In this document: positions 53,940 to 63,346 of the stretch, one piece after another | Position numbering within the stretch: the stretch's first letter is position 1 | Layout: every line of letters begins with the position of its first letter | Assembly: GCA_937996685.1 (NCBI GenBank) | Contig: CALKUP010000006.1 | Coordinates: 64,001 to 128,000 of the forward strand | DNA from: an uncultured bacterium | Lineage (GTDB): Bacteria; Patescibacteriota; Patescibacteriia; UBA9570; XYC2-FULL-38-9 | Length of the DNA: 64,000 nucleotides | Reading direction: 5' to 3' | Position numbers and translations under genes: made by a program | Notes under the pieces: generated by a model | Told to the model about the DNA's origin: nothing | Seen by the model: only the letters and a program-made list of their open reading frames with translations | Database searches by the model: none

Positions 53940-55571
53940 TTATTGTATTTCTTGCAACGAATGCTTTGTCATAACATACCGTCGATGAGACAACTCCTCA
54001 ACTGCTGAACGATGTGTGACAATCACAACCGTTTTATTCTTCAGTGCTTGTTGCAAATATTTTACCACCACTTGTTCAGTTGCTTCATCAAGGTGCGATG
54101 TTGGTTCATCAAGCAACACAATATCACGATCAAGTAAAACACCACGCGCAATATTTAAACGCTGTTTTTGCCCAGCAGACATTTTTACACCCTTCTCACC
54201 AACAATCGTTTCAAAACCATCAGTCAGTTGGCGATACCATTCACCTAATCCAATATCAGTCAACGTTTTTTCTAGCACCACTTCAGGAATATTCACACCT
54301 AACGTCAAATTGTCTCTGACTGACAAATTAAATAACTCAGTTTCCTGAGAAATATAGGTGATATGTTGTCGAAAAAAGTCTGGGTCAATAGACTTAAATT
54401 CTATACCATCAATATACCGCTCACCCTGACTTGGTTGTACATTATTCATTAATATATTTAATACAGTTGTCTTGCCTTGACCAGAAGCGCCAGTCAAGGA
54501 GATGATTTTGCCTTTTTGCAAGGTGAGTGCTGGGATTGAAATAACCGCCGTTGCATCCTGTAGATGAAGCTGAACATCTTTCAGACTCATCTCTTGCCAC
54601 CGCAATGGTAATGTACCATTTTTAACTGGTAAAACTTGCATTAAGACTTCATCAAGATTTTGAATATAACCATTCATGACCATTAAATCTTTGACATATT
54701 CTGACAAGCGCTCAATATTCCCACGAATAATCGCATACGCAGCAATAAACAAAATAAGCACAGAAGGACTCAAAACGCCTCTACTAATTTGTAATAACAA
54801 AAACCCAATCGTCGATAAAAATGCGAACCCAAATAATGAATGTAAAAATGCCCAGCGATTCGCATGAAATTTTTGCAGTTGCGAAATTTGTTGGTTATGA
54901 GTCAGTGTTTTATCAGCTATTTTTGCATAAGCAAAATCAACAACATTTAACCGCTGGACAGTTATGATGTTTGCCATAAAATCAGCATATCGCTCAAAAA
55001 GAGATGCTCGGCGAGCGTTTAATTCCTGTGTGATCGGAATCATTTTTCGGGACAGCAACACGCTTGCGATAATAAAAATAGACAAGGTTAAAAAATTAAC
55101 ACACGCAACAAGAAATGATTCACGTGCGGTAAAATAAAAAAATAAAATCAGATTTGAAGTACTCAGAGCGACTGTCCAAAAAATGGAAAAAAGAATTGGC
55201 GTCATTCCCTCTGATACATTATTAATCAGTGACAACGTATAACCAGAATGATATTTTTTTAATTCAGTGGGTGGAAGTTCAACTAATTTTCGAAAATAGA
55301 CCAATCGAATATGATTCGCAAATTGCTGAGCCATTGCTTCACCGTAATTACGAATAAACCACTGAAGAATCAGTGACAGCACATACGCACAAAGCACAGC
55401 TATCGCCAATTGAATAAAACGATGTGTATCTAAATTTGTTTTCGTAAACTCAGCTAATAAAACGGGGATCGCGAACAACGCAGCGCCATCTAAAATACCC
55501 ATGATAAAAATCACGATAAATCGAGCACGATAGATCGATAAATTTTTAAAAATAAAAACTAAAGCGTTCAT
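53940..55571 (-). CDS. ABC exporter, fused TMD-NBD
   Basis: 6 TM, GASGQGKTT, SQE, MSAGQKQR, LLDEPTSHLD, VTH. Confidence 0.92.
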   Translation of the reverse strand: MNALVFIFKNLSIYRARFIVIFIMGILDGAALFAIPVLLAEFTKTNLDTHRFIQLAIAVLCAYVLSLILQWFIRNYGEAMAQQFANHIRLVYFRKLVELPPTELKKYHSGYTLSLINNVSEGMTPILFSIFWTVALSTSNLILFFYFTARESFLVACVNFLTLSIFIIASVLLSRKMIPITQELNARRASLFERYADFMANIITVQRLNVVDFAYAKIADKTLTHNQQISQLQKFHANRWAFLHSLFGFAFLSTIGFLLLQISRGVLSPSVLILFIAAYAIIRGNIERLSEYVKDLMVMNGYIQNLDEVLMQVLPVKNGTLPLRWQEMSLKDVQLHLQDATAVISIPALTLQKGKIISLTGASGQGKTTVLNILMNNVQPSQGERYIDGIEFKSIDPDFFRQHITYISQETELFNLSVRDNLTLGVNIPEVVLEKTLTDIGLGEWYRQLTDGFETIVGEKGVKMSAGQKQRLNIARGVLLDRDIVLLDEPTSHLDEATEQVVVKYLQQALKNKTVVIVTHRSAVEELSHRRYVMTKHSLQEIQ

Positions 55572-55718
55572 TGATTTTTATACTATATCTAAAGAGACAT
55601 CAATCAACCCCTCTTTTTGGGTGCATTTCCTCATGCTCAATTAGGTTTATCCCCACAAAAATAGACGGTATGATATGATGTGATATACTGTACCTATAAT
55701 CATCTAATTATACAACAT

Positions 55719-56273
55719 ATGAAAAAATCATTGCTTGGTTTACTTGTTGTCTCTCTTGTCCTTACAGGTGCAAGTTGTGGCAGCGACGATAAAACAACAA
55801 CAAAAACTGCTGCGAACACAGCCGCTGCTGTTTCAACAGTAAAAGTAAATGAAGCTGCAAAAGCTGGCGACATTTCACACACAGTCACATTGGCTGAAAA
55901 AATGGATACTATTCCAGCGTCAAAGACCGTTGAAGACTTTAAGTCAATTGCAAAAGACAAAAAAGCTGCTGACGGTTTCACATGGGTGCATTTGACTGGA
56001 AAAGTCACAAACAACTCATCTGAATCAGAAAATGTAAGTTCAAACTCTTTGACTGTTGTTGACGACAGTGGAAAAGAATATGACCTTGCAACTGACGTGA
56101 CAATTTACGTTCCAGATGACAAGTTCCCAACATACATCGACATTCAACCAACACAAACAGTTGAATGGGAAGCGTATTACCTCGTTCCAACAACTGCGAA
56201 AGGCTTGAAATTGAAAGTAAACGACTTGCAAATCTTGTCTGACAACGAAGCGCTCGTTGACCTCGGTTTATAA
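55719..56273 (+). CDS. DUF4352-like lipoprotein, paralog 1
   Basis: Lipobox LTGASC; V.N.S, L.VVD..GK.Y, IQP..T, YLVP, LKL. Confidence 0.75.
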   Translation: MKKSLLGLLVVSLVLTGASCGSDDKTTTKTAANTAAAVSTVKVNEAAKAGDISHTVTLAEKMDTIPASKTVEDFKSIAKDKKAADGFTWVHLTGKVTNNSSESENVSSNSLTVVDDSGKEYDLATDVTIYVPDDKFPTYIDIQPTQTVEWEAYYLVPTTAKGLKLKVNDLQILSDNEALVDLGL

Positions 56274-56291
56274 TCAATACAATCAAATACG

Positions 56292-56323
56292 AAAAATACT
56301 CCGTTTCTACGGGGTATTTTTTT
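56292..56323 (+). terminator. Intrinsic terminator
   Basis: AAAAATACTCCGT-TTCT-ACGGGGTATTTTTTT. Confidence 0.8.
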
Positions 56324-56397
56324 ATAGCGAGATTGCTGCAAATGGTATTGATGTACACGCATTTGTGGTATACTACGTGCATTAACATATGTATTTT

Positions 56398-56961
56398 ATG
56401 ACACATCGTTTCACCGCTTTTTTACTTGTTGCGACACTCCTGCTTACAGGACAAAGCTGCCTCAACCGCAACACCAATACAAATACGAACGTTGCTCCAC
56501 CAGAAAAAATTGTCATCAAGGTTGGTGAAAAAACAACCATCGATTCACTTGAACACCAAGTCACAACAGCTGAGCGATTAGATGTGATTCCAGCCAGTAG
56601 CACAATCAAGCGCTTTAAAAATATCGCCGCTGACAAAAAAGCCCCTGAAGGCTTTACCTATATTCACTTGAGAGGCAACATCAAAAATACCGGAGAAACA
56701 GCCCAAACAATTGACAGTAATAGCTTCCAAATCATCGACCGGATTGGCGAAACATATAAAATCACCACAGACGTAACACTCTACATCGAAGACACACTGT
56801 TCCCGACCTATATTGAAGTGCCTGCAGGAAAAACAACACCGTGGGAAGGATACTTCCTTGTTCCGAATGTCGGCAAAGATCTCGAATTACAACTCACCGA
56901 TCTCCAATCACCTCCAGTAAAAACAGCCTTTGTTAACCTTGGTATCGCAAACAAAGAATAA
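56398..56961 (+). CDS. DUF4352-like lipoprotein, paralog 2
   Basis: Lipobox LTGQSC; shares IPAS.T...FK.IA.DKKA..GFT..HL.G and TDVT.Y..D..FPTYI with paralog 1. Confidence 0.75.
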   Translation: MTHRFTAFLLVATLLLTGQSCLNRNTNTNTNVAPPEKIVIKVGEKTTIDSLEHQVTTAERLDVIPASSTIKRFKNIAADKKAPEGFTYIHLRGNIKNTGETAQTIDSNSFQIIDRIGETYKITTDVTLYIEDTLFPTYIEVPAGKTTPWEGYFLVPNVGKDLELQLTDLQSPPVKTAFVNLGIANKE

Positions 56962-56988
56962 AAAAAGAGCCTCAAGGCTCTTTTTTTA
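56960..56988. terminator. Bidirectional terminator
   Basis: AAAAAAAGAGCC-TCAA-GGCTCTTTTTTT. Confidence 0.85.
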
Positions 56989-57004
56989 TTATCAGCAAAC
57001 TACG

Positions 57005-57919
57005 TTATTCACTTTTTGTTTCAAGATAGGCAGCCAGCGCATCTTGCCATGATCGCGTTGCAGGAAGCTTTGTATTCAACAGCATGGAAAATTTTGGACG
57101 TGTCGCAGGACGCGGAAATGTACTGGCTGGAACTGGATTCAGCGTCATTTCTTTTCCTGTTTTTTCTTTTTGGATACGGAAAATTTCTTGTGCAAATTCA
57201 AACCATGTGCAGGCTCCCGTATTTGTAATATGGAAGATTCCTGGCTCAATCTCCCCTTGCAACGCTTTTTCAAGCAACACTTTTGTTTGATCAGCAAGAT
57301 CTGGAGTATATGTCGGTGACGCAAACTCTTCATCAACCACATCTAAACTCTCTCGTGTTTGCGCGAGCTCAAGCATCATATCAACAAAACTTTTTTTCGA
57401 CATATCAGAAACACCAGGCTTACCAAACAATTTACATGTTCGAGCCACAAATACCTTACCGCCTGCTGCCAAGACCTGTTCTTCTCCAGCTCGCTTTGAA
57501 CGGGCGTAATTACTTTGTGGATTTGGTGTGTCAATTTCTGTGTAACCGTCTTTTTTTGTACCGTCAAATACATAATCTGTACTGTAATGCACAAACAGCG
57601 CGTCAATTTCTTTGCAGGCTCGGGCCAAATTTCCTGGACCATCTGCATTCACTTTCATTGCCACAGCAAACACTTCTGGCTTTTCAGCATCATCAACCGC
57701 ATTAAATGCTGCTGTGTTAATCACAATCGCTGGTTTCAATTCACGAAACTTTTCTAACACCGCTGCCTCATCAGTAATGTCTAATTCAGCGCGATCCCAC
57801 ACAATCGGATTATATTCAGCAAGGACACGCGCAACATCTTGACCGAGCATTCCGTGACCACCAACAATTAAAATCGGTGTTGGCAGCGTCACATGTGTTT
57901 CAAGATTATTTGTTTCCAT
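57005..57919 (-). CDS. rfbD: dTDP-4-dehydrorhamnose reductase
   Basis: GGHGMLG, AAFNAVDDAE, STDYVFDG, YARSK, PATRP. Confidence 0.95.
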   Translation of the reverse strand: METNNLETHVTLPTPILIVGGHGMLGQDVARVLAEYNPIVWDRAELDITDEAAVLEKFRELKPAIVINTAAFNAVDDAEKPEVFAVAMKVNADGPGNLARACKEIDALFVHYSTDYVFDGTKKDGYTEIDTPNPQSNYARSKRAGEEQVLAAGGKVFVARTCKLFGKPGVSDMSKKSFVDMMLELAQTRESLDVVDEEFASPTYTPDLADQTKVLLEKALQGEIEPGIFHITNTGACTWFEFAQEIFRIQKEKTGKEMTLNPVPASTFPRPATRPKFSMLLNTKLPATRSWQDALAAYLETKSE

Positions 57920-58919
57920 ATTGCTCTGCATAATAATTCGCGTACTCCCCACTTTTAATTGGCTTCCACCACCATTCGTTATCTGTATACCATTGAATGG
58001 TATTTTTCAAACCTTCTTCAAAAGAGTATTTCGGCTCCCAGTGCAGCTCACGTTGAATCTTTGACCAATCCACTGTGTAACGTCGATCATGACCTGGGCG
58101 ATCTTTCACAAATTCAATATCATCCTCTGTTTTGCCCATAATCTGCAACATCATTTTTACAACATCGAGGTTACTCACTTCATCAGTCATGCCTCCAACT
58201 AAATAGGTTTCACCAACAACACCACGCAACAACACCGCTTCAATCGCACTGCAATGATCTTCAACATGCAACCAATCACGGACATATAAACCGTCGCCAT
58301 ACACTGGGACTTTTTTTCCTTCAATCAAGTTTGTGATTGCAAGTGGAAATAATTTTTCTGGGAAATGATACGGACCATAGTTATTTGAACAATTGGTGAT
58401 TGTGATCGGTAAACCGTATGTATCAAAATACGCCCGGACTAAATGATCAGACGCTGCTTTACTGGCTGAATACGGACTATGTGGATCATAATGTGTAAAC
58501 TCATCAAACTTTTTGCCTCCTTCAAGCGGCAGAGCACCAAACACTTCATCAGTAGAAATATGATGGAAACGTTTCACTGAAAGTTCGAGCGCTGCATTCA
58601 ACATCACGGCAGTTCCTTCAACATTTGTTTTGACAAATTCCATTGGATTCGTGATCGAACGATCAACGTGTGACTCGGCTGCAAAATGCACCACAATGTC
58701 AGCGCCAGTCATTGCTGCTTTCACAGCCGCAAAATCGGTGATATCACCTTTCACAAACGAATAATTCGGATTATCTTCTACATCTTTTAATGAACTTAAA
58801 TTTCCAGAATAGGTTAAGACATCGTAATTCACGATCGTGTCCTCTGGATGATTCGCAAGCCAATAGCGAACAAAATTACTACCGATAAAGCCGGCACCGC
58901 CTGTAACAAATAATTTCAT
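57906..58919 (-). CDS. rfbB: dTDP-glucose 4,6-dehydratase
   Basis: GGAGFIGSNF, HFAAESHVDRSI, STDEVFG, YSASKA, CSNNYGPY.FPEK, DRPGHDRRY. Confidence 0.97.
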   Translation of the reverse strand: MKLFVTGGAGFIGSNFVRYWLANHPEDTIVNYDVLTYSGNLSSLKDVEDNPNYSFVKGDITDFAAVKAAMTGADIVVHFAAESHVDRSITNPMEFVKTNVEGTAVMLNAALELSVKRFHHISTDEVFGALPLEGGKKFDEFTHYDPHSPYSASKAASDHLVRAYFDTYGLPITITNCSNNYGPYHFPEKLFPLAITNLIEGKKVPVYGDGLYVRDWLHVEDHCSAIEAVLLRGVVGETYLVGGMTDEVSNLDVVKMMLQIMGKTEDDIEFVKDRPGHDRRYTVDWSKIQRELHWEPKYSFEEGLKNTIQWYTDNEWWWKPIKSGEYANYYAEQYGNK

Positions 58920-58922
58920 AAT

Positions 58923-59477
58923 TTATTCTTTTGATAATTCCCAAAAATCAGCGCCAAACACATCCCATGGCAACCGTTTTTCATCGCATTCACTCGGCTC
59001 TGCAGAAAATGCATTATTTACAAAATAGACAATCGCTGCATTTTTATCCCACAAATTTCCAGCACCATGTGCAACACCGCGTGGAATATAGAGCACTTTT
59101 GCTTTCCCACCGCCGAGCACAAAACGCATGACCGTGCCTTCAGTCGGACTGCCAGCACGCAAATCCTTCAAGCCAATAAGTAGTCGATGATGTGGCGGAA
59201 TAAACCAAATATCTTCTTGGTTAAAATGTAAATGCGTCGCTTTAATAACACCTGGAACCATTTCAGAATAATTCACTTGCTTTACTTCAAAGCCTGGGAA
59301 TTGTTGGTGCATGCCGGATCGAAAACGACCAAGCTCCATAAACTGACCACCATCGTCAATCATGAGCGGTAATTCAATAATTTGCACACCGTCGATTGGT
59401 GTTTTTTTTGAATAATCTTGCATCGTGACTTGATCACGAACGTCAGCACTGATTGACTCGGTTGATAATGGTTCCAT
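58923..59477 (-). CDS. rfbC: dTDP-4-dehydrorhamnose 3,5-epimerase family
   Basis: IDGV, DDGG.F.E, PGVIKATHLH, DLRAGSPT, IPRGVAHG. Confidence 0.88.
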   Translation of the reverse strand: MEPLSTESISADVRDQVTMQDYSKKTPIDGVQIIELPLMIDDGGQFMELGRFRSGMHQQFPGFEVKQVNYSEMVPGVIKATHLHFNQEDIWFIPPHHRLLIGLKDLRAGSPTEGTVMRFVLGGGKAKVLYIPRGVAHGAGNLWDKNAAIVYFVNNAFSAEPSECDEKRLPWDVFGADFWELSKE

Positions 59478-59500
59478 AGATTATAATGTAAAGCGAGTAA

Positions 59501-60568
59501 TTAAAGTTCGATTGTTGTGTTTTCACCAAGAATCATTTTGTGACCTTCATTTTTCTTGTGGTCCACAATTGTTGCATTGTGACCAATGATACTTTGGTTA
59601 ATATGCATGCTGTGGTGAATCGTCGCATCATCCATCACAATCGTTTCTTCGATTGTTGCATTTTGAATCGACGTTCCGTTACCGATACATGCATATGGTT
59701 TTAATGTGGCATTTTCAATCACTGCATTTTCACCAATGACCACCGGACCTTCAATCACCGTGTTGCCGAGAATTTTTGCACCGTCACCAATGGACACTTT
59801 TCCGCTCATTTTGACTGTATCATCAACAACAGCAGCGCCATTATAATCAGACACCAAATTCATCAACAAGCTATTCCCTTCTAACATATCAAGCGGTTTG
59901 CCAGTATCTTTCCACCAACCATCAACGACTTGGTATGACACTTTTTTACCGTTATCAATTAAATATGTATGTACATCTGAAATTTCCAATTCACCACGAT
60001 CTGACATCGCAACACCATCAACCGCTTCATGCACATCTTTGGTGTAACAATAAATCCCAGTCACCGCGAAATCACTTGGTGGATTTTTTGGTTTTTCAAG
60101 AACGCGTGTGATATTGCCGTTTGCATCAATTTCTGGCACTCCAAAACGTTCCGGATCTTGCACTTTTGATAATGCCAAAAAGGCAGTCGCGCCACTCTCT
60201 TCAAAGCCTTTCACAAAATCAACAATTGAACCCAAAATAATGTTATCACCAAGATAAAAGACAAATGAATCATCTCCCAAAAATTCTTGGGCATTTTTAA
60301 TCACATGCGCAACTCCAAGCGCTCCGCCAACTTGTTCTAAAAATGTTACCTTCAATCCCCAAGCACTTCCGTCTCCAATCAATTCTTGCAAGGATGTATC
60401 CCCTTCATTCACATTAATCGCCACTTCCACAATGCCGGCTTCAGCAATTTTTTCAAGTGCGTAAACAATCAGCGGCTTGTTCACAAGCGGAATCAAGTGC
60501 TTATTTAATGAATAGGTAATTGGACGTAATCGGGTTCCACGACCACCAGCGGCAATAAGGGCTTTCAT
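59501..60568 (-). CDS. rfbA: Glucose-1-phosphate thymidylyltransferase, long form
   Basis: AGGRGTRLRPIT, LGDN, EKPK.PPS, RGELEI, WWKDTG; C-terminal left-handed beta helix. Confidence 0.93.
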   Translation of the reverse strand: MKALIAAGGRGTRLRPITYSLNKHLIPLVNKPLIVYALEKIAEAGIVEVAINVNEGDTSLQELIGDGSAWGLKVTFLEQVGGALGVAHVIKNAQEFLGDDSFVFYLGDNIILGSIVDFVKGFEESGATAFLALSKVQDPERFGVPEIDANGNITRVLEKPKNPPSDFAVTGIYCYTKDVHEAVDGVAMSDRGELEISDVHTYLIDNGKKVSYQVVDGWWKDTGKPLDMLEGNSLLMNLVSDYNGAAVVDDTVKMSGKVSIGDGAKILGNTVIEGPVVIGENAVIENATLKPYACIGNGTSIQNATIEETIVMDDATIHHSMHINQSIIGHNATIVDHKKNEGHKMILGENTTIEL

Positions 60569-60578
60569 ATATAACAGG

Positions 60579-60785
60579 TTAATTCTCTTGTTTTTGGAAA
60601 TAAAATAGAATATGTATCAGCGCCAAGAATAACACAAAAAGACCGAAATAATCAAGGTTGATAGAAAACTGCGCAAACCCAGGAAGCCATTGGTCAAGAA
60701 CCAGCAAAACAAGAAACAACGCGCTGCATATTTCCAGCGCTGCTTGATGGACATTCTTTATAAGGGAATAGTGGGATGTTTTCAT
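60579..60785 (-). CDS. Small hypothetical membrane protein (2 TM)
   Basis: 68 aa from MKTSH; in operon between the hypothetical gene and rfbA. Confidence 0.6.
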   Translation of the reverse strand: MKTSHYSLIKNVHQAALEICSALFLVLLVLDQWLPGFAQFSINLDYFGLFVLFLALIHILFYFQKQEN

Positions 60786-60795
60786 ATACACAGAA

Positions 60796-62286
60796 TTATT
60801 TCGTGAACCGCTGTCGCAAACGATCAAATAACGACTCTCGGTGAAAATCAAATTGGATTGACTGTACTTCAATTGTTTCTTTCTCGGATTTCAAATCGGG
60901 GGCTTCGAGTGTGAATTGTAATTTTTTTCGATTGCCAAGCACATGATCCAGGGGCAGGTTCACGGTCGCTTCTTTTCCTGTATACAAGACCGTTGATGGA
61001 ACATATGAAGACGTTGTTACAATTGCTTCGACATCAGACAGTTGCAGACCACTCCGAATTGACTGCATTTCAAAGTCGGGATCAAAATATGCATCTTCGG
61101 CAAATGCCATATATCCAGAAAATGACACGGTCGCGTCTGCAATTGGCACGCGCAATGAAGACAGCAGGTCAGTTGACACGTCCTGTAACTCAACCTTTTC
61201 ACCAGCGGAACCCAACACAATGGAACGATCTTGGATCGTCAGCGTCTGGAGCGACTCTGCCGCTTCTGTCACCGCTGAAAGACCGGAAACACGCGTGAAT
61301 GTTGTCACGGCATTTTGTTTATCCACCCCACTTCCTGGAATACGCGGAGTACCCGCAAATGTGACGTGATCTTTAATCACGAGACGTCTACTGCCTGCCT
61401 TAATATTTTTCAACAATACATCACCACTGGTCTGCACTACGATGCGGTACACACCGTCTGCGAGACCTTCTTTGTTAATACTGACCGGTTGTTCAGAGCT
61501 TGGAACACGGTTATTTGTTGTGTTTCCATCATCCGCAAACTCTTGCTTAAACACTTCCTCGCCTGCCTCATTCACAACAAGCACGGTCGCTGGATCAAGA
61601 CCGCCGGAAAGATTTGCATCAACCAATGTTGTTGAAAAACTAAGCGCACCTTTTGAAACGTAGACTAAAAACTCGTGGCTCCCCCGCAATGGAACGGGCA
61701 CAACCTGCGTTACTGAATCCCCAATAGCCTCTTCTCGATACATCACTGGCACTGTTGTATCACCAAGCGCAACAACAGCTCCGTTTGCAATACGCTCTTT
61801 CACTGCATTAAGATCAAGGCCATCTTTGCTATACACCACTTGACCAGCCCCTTCATCAACCACGGACTTCCAGTGTGCATCCAAAGCTTCTTGCACAAGT
61901 GGAAAATCAATGATTTGTTTTTTTACTGCAAGCGGATTCAGCAACTCCACAATACCGAAATCAATTGGACCATGATGCGCTGTTTTATAGTGAATAGTTG
62001 CAGTGACAGAATCAAACGCCCGCGGAGTCTGTACGGTCATATAGACCGGAGCTTCAGACAGCACCTGCACAGAGCCTCCTGTTCGTGTATTGTACAACAC
62101 GTCGCTGGCGCGATCCTGAGGGATAAACAACGAGATAAACCGATTGCGTGGCTGTGAAAAATCTTGGGTGATCGTGAAGTTTCCGGAAACACCGAAATAC
62201 TGCCACGCACAATAGCCGAGTACACCCAGCGCAAAAAGACCCCATCCACACCGTGCTAGAAATAACGAACGAGACTGTTTCTTCAT
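60796..62286 (-). CDS. Membrane-anchored hypothetical protein with beta-rich ectodomain
   Basis: N-terminal TM; PVY....PR.F, LRGSH.F..Y, DDGN motifs. Confidence 0.7.
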   Translation of the reverse strand: MKKQSRSLFLARCGWGLFALGVLGYCAWQYFGVSGNFTITQDFSQPRNRFISLFIPQDRASDVLYNTRTGGSVQVLSEAPVYMTVQTPRAFDSVTATIHYKTAHHGPIDFGIVELLNPLAVKKQIIDFPLVQEALDAHWKSVVDEGAGQVVYSKDGLDLNAVKERIANGAVVALGDTTVPVMYREEAIGDSVTQVVPVPLRGSHEFLVYVSKGALSFSTTLVDANLSGGLDPATVLVVNEAGEEVFKQEFADDGNTTNNRVPSSEQPVSINKEGLADGVYRIVVQTSGDVLLKNIKAGSRRLVIKDHVTFAGTPRIPGSGVDKQNAVTTFTRVSGLSAVTEAAESLQTLTIQDRSIVLGSAGEKVELQDVSTDLLSSLRVPIADATVSFSGYMAFAEDAYFDPDFEMQSIRSGLQLSDVEAIVTTSSYVPSTVLYTGKEATVNLPLDHVLGNRKKLQFTLEAPDLKSEKETIEVQSIQFDFHRESLFDRLRQRFTK

Positions 62287-62366
62287 ATAGAAGCAGTATA
62301 ACGAACCAGCCGGTATTTTGCTAGCATGTATTGCGCTTTTACTCAAAATACGGTAGTTTTCAAGCT

Positions 62367-63335
62367 ATGAAACGAACCATTTTAGTGACTGGGGCCGCTG
62401 GTTTTATTGGATCAAACGTCATCGACCGACTGTTAGAACGCGGGGACACTGTTGTTGCTGTTGACAATTTCACCGATTATTACGATGTATCGTTCAAAGA
62501 AGAAAACATCGCCGAACACACCACGCATCCGAACTACACCCTCTATCGCACTGATATTACTGACATGGCTGGCATGGCCGCAATTTTTGCAGCTCATACA
62601 TTCGACACGGTTTTGCATCTTGCCGCTCAAGCTGGGGTTCGCTCTTCGATTATTGATCCAATTACGTTCGTGAACGTGAATGTCAGTGGTACAACAATTC
62701 TATTTGAACTCTGCCAAAAAAACGCTGTCCCGCACGTTGTCTTTGCTTCATCTTCATCGGTCTACGGCAATCAAGAAAAGATTCCGTTTTCAGAAGACGA
62801 TTCTGTAACAGCGCCAATCTCTCCATATGCCGCTTCCAAAAAGTCTGCCGAACTCATTGCCTATACGTTTCATCACCTGTATGGCATGCATATGACTGGC
62901 CTGCGTTTTTTTACTGTCTATGGACAACGCGGCAGACCAGACATGTCGCCATATCTCTTTGCGGATGCGATTTTACATGACCGCCCAATCACGCAATTCG
63001 GCGACGGATCAACGAGGCGCGATTACACGTATATCGATGATATTGCAAACGGCATCCTCGCAGCGATTGAGCACCCACTCGGTTTCGAAATCATTAACCT
63101 CGGCAATTCATCAACCATCAGCCTTCAAGAATACATCGAATTATTTGAACAGGTCATTGGTAAGAAAGCAAAAATCATTCGAGAACCGGAAAAGCCTGGG
63201 GATGTCAAAAAAACCTATGCCGATATTCGAAAGGCACGTGAACTCCTTGCCTGGCAGCCGACCACAACCCTTGAAGAAGGTCTCCCACAATTTATCGAAT
63301 GGTTTAAAAAGCATCGCTACACCCCAAACAACTAA
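62367..63335 (+). CDS. NAD-dependent epimerase, UDP-glucuronate 4-epimerase-like
   Basis: GAAGFIG, HLAAQAGVR.S, ASSSSVYG, YAASKK, LRFFTVYG.RGRPDM, RDYTYIDD. Confidence 0.92.
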   Translation: MKRTILVTGAAGFIGSNVIDRLLERGDTVVAVDNFTDYYDVSFKEENIAEHTTHPNYTLYRTDITDMAGMAAIFAAHTFDTVLHLAAQAGVRSSIIDPITFVNVNVSGTTILFELCQKNAVPHVVFASSSSVYGNQEKIPFSEDDSVTAPISPYAASKKSAELIAYTFHHLYGMHMTGLRFFTVYGQRGRPDMSPYLFADAILHDRPITQFGDGSTRRDYTYIDDIANGILAAIEHPLGFEIINLGNSSTISLQEYIELFEQVIGKKAKIIREPEKPGDVKKTYADIRKARELLAWQPTTTLEEGLPQFIEWFKKHRYTPNN

Positions 63336-63346
63336 CGTACATCTCT

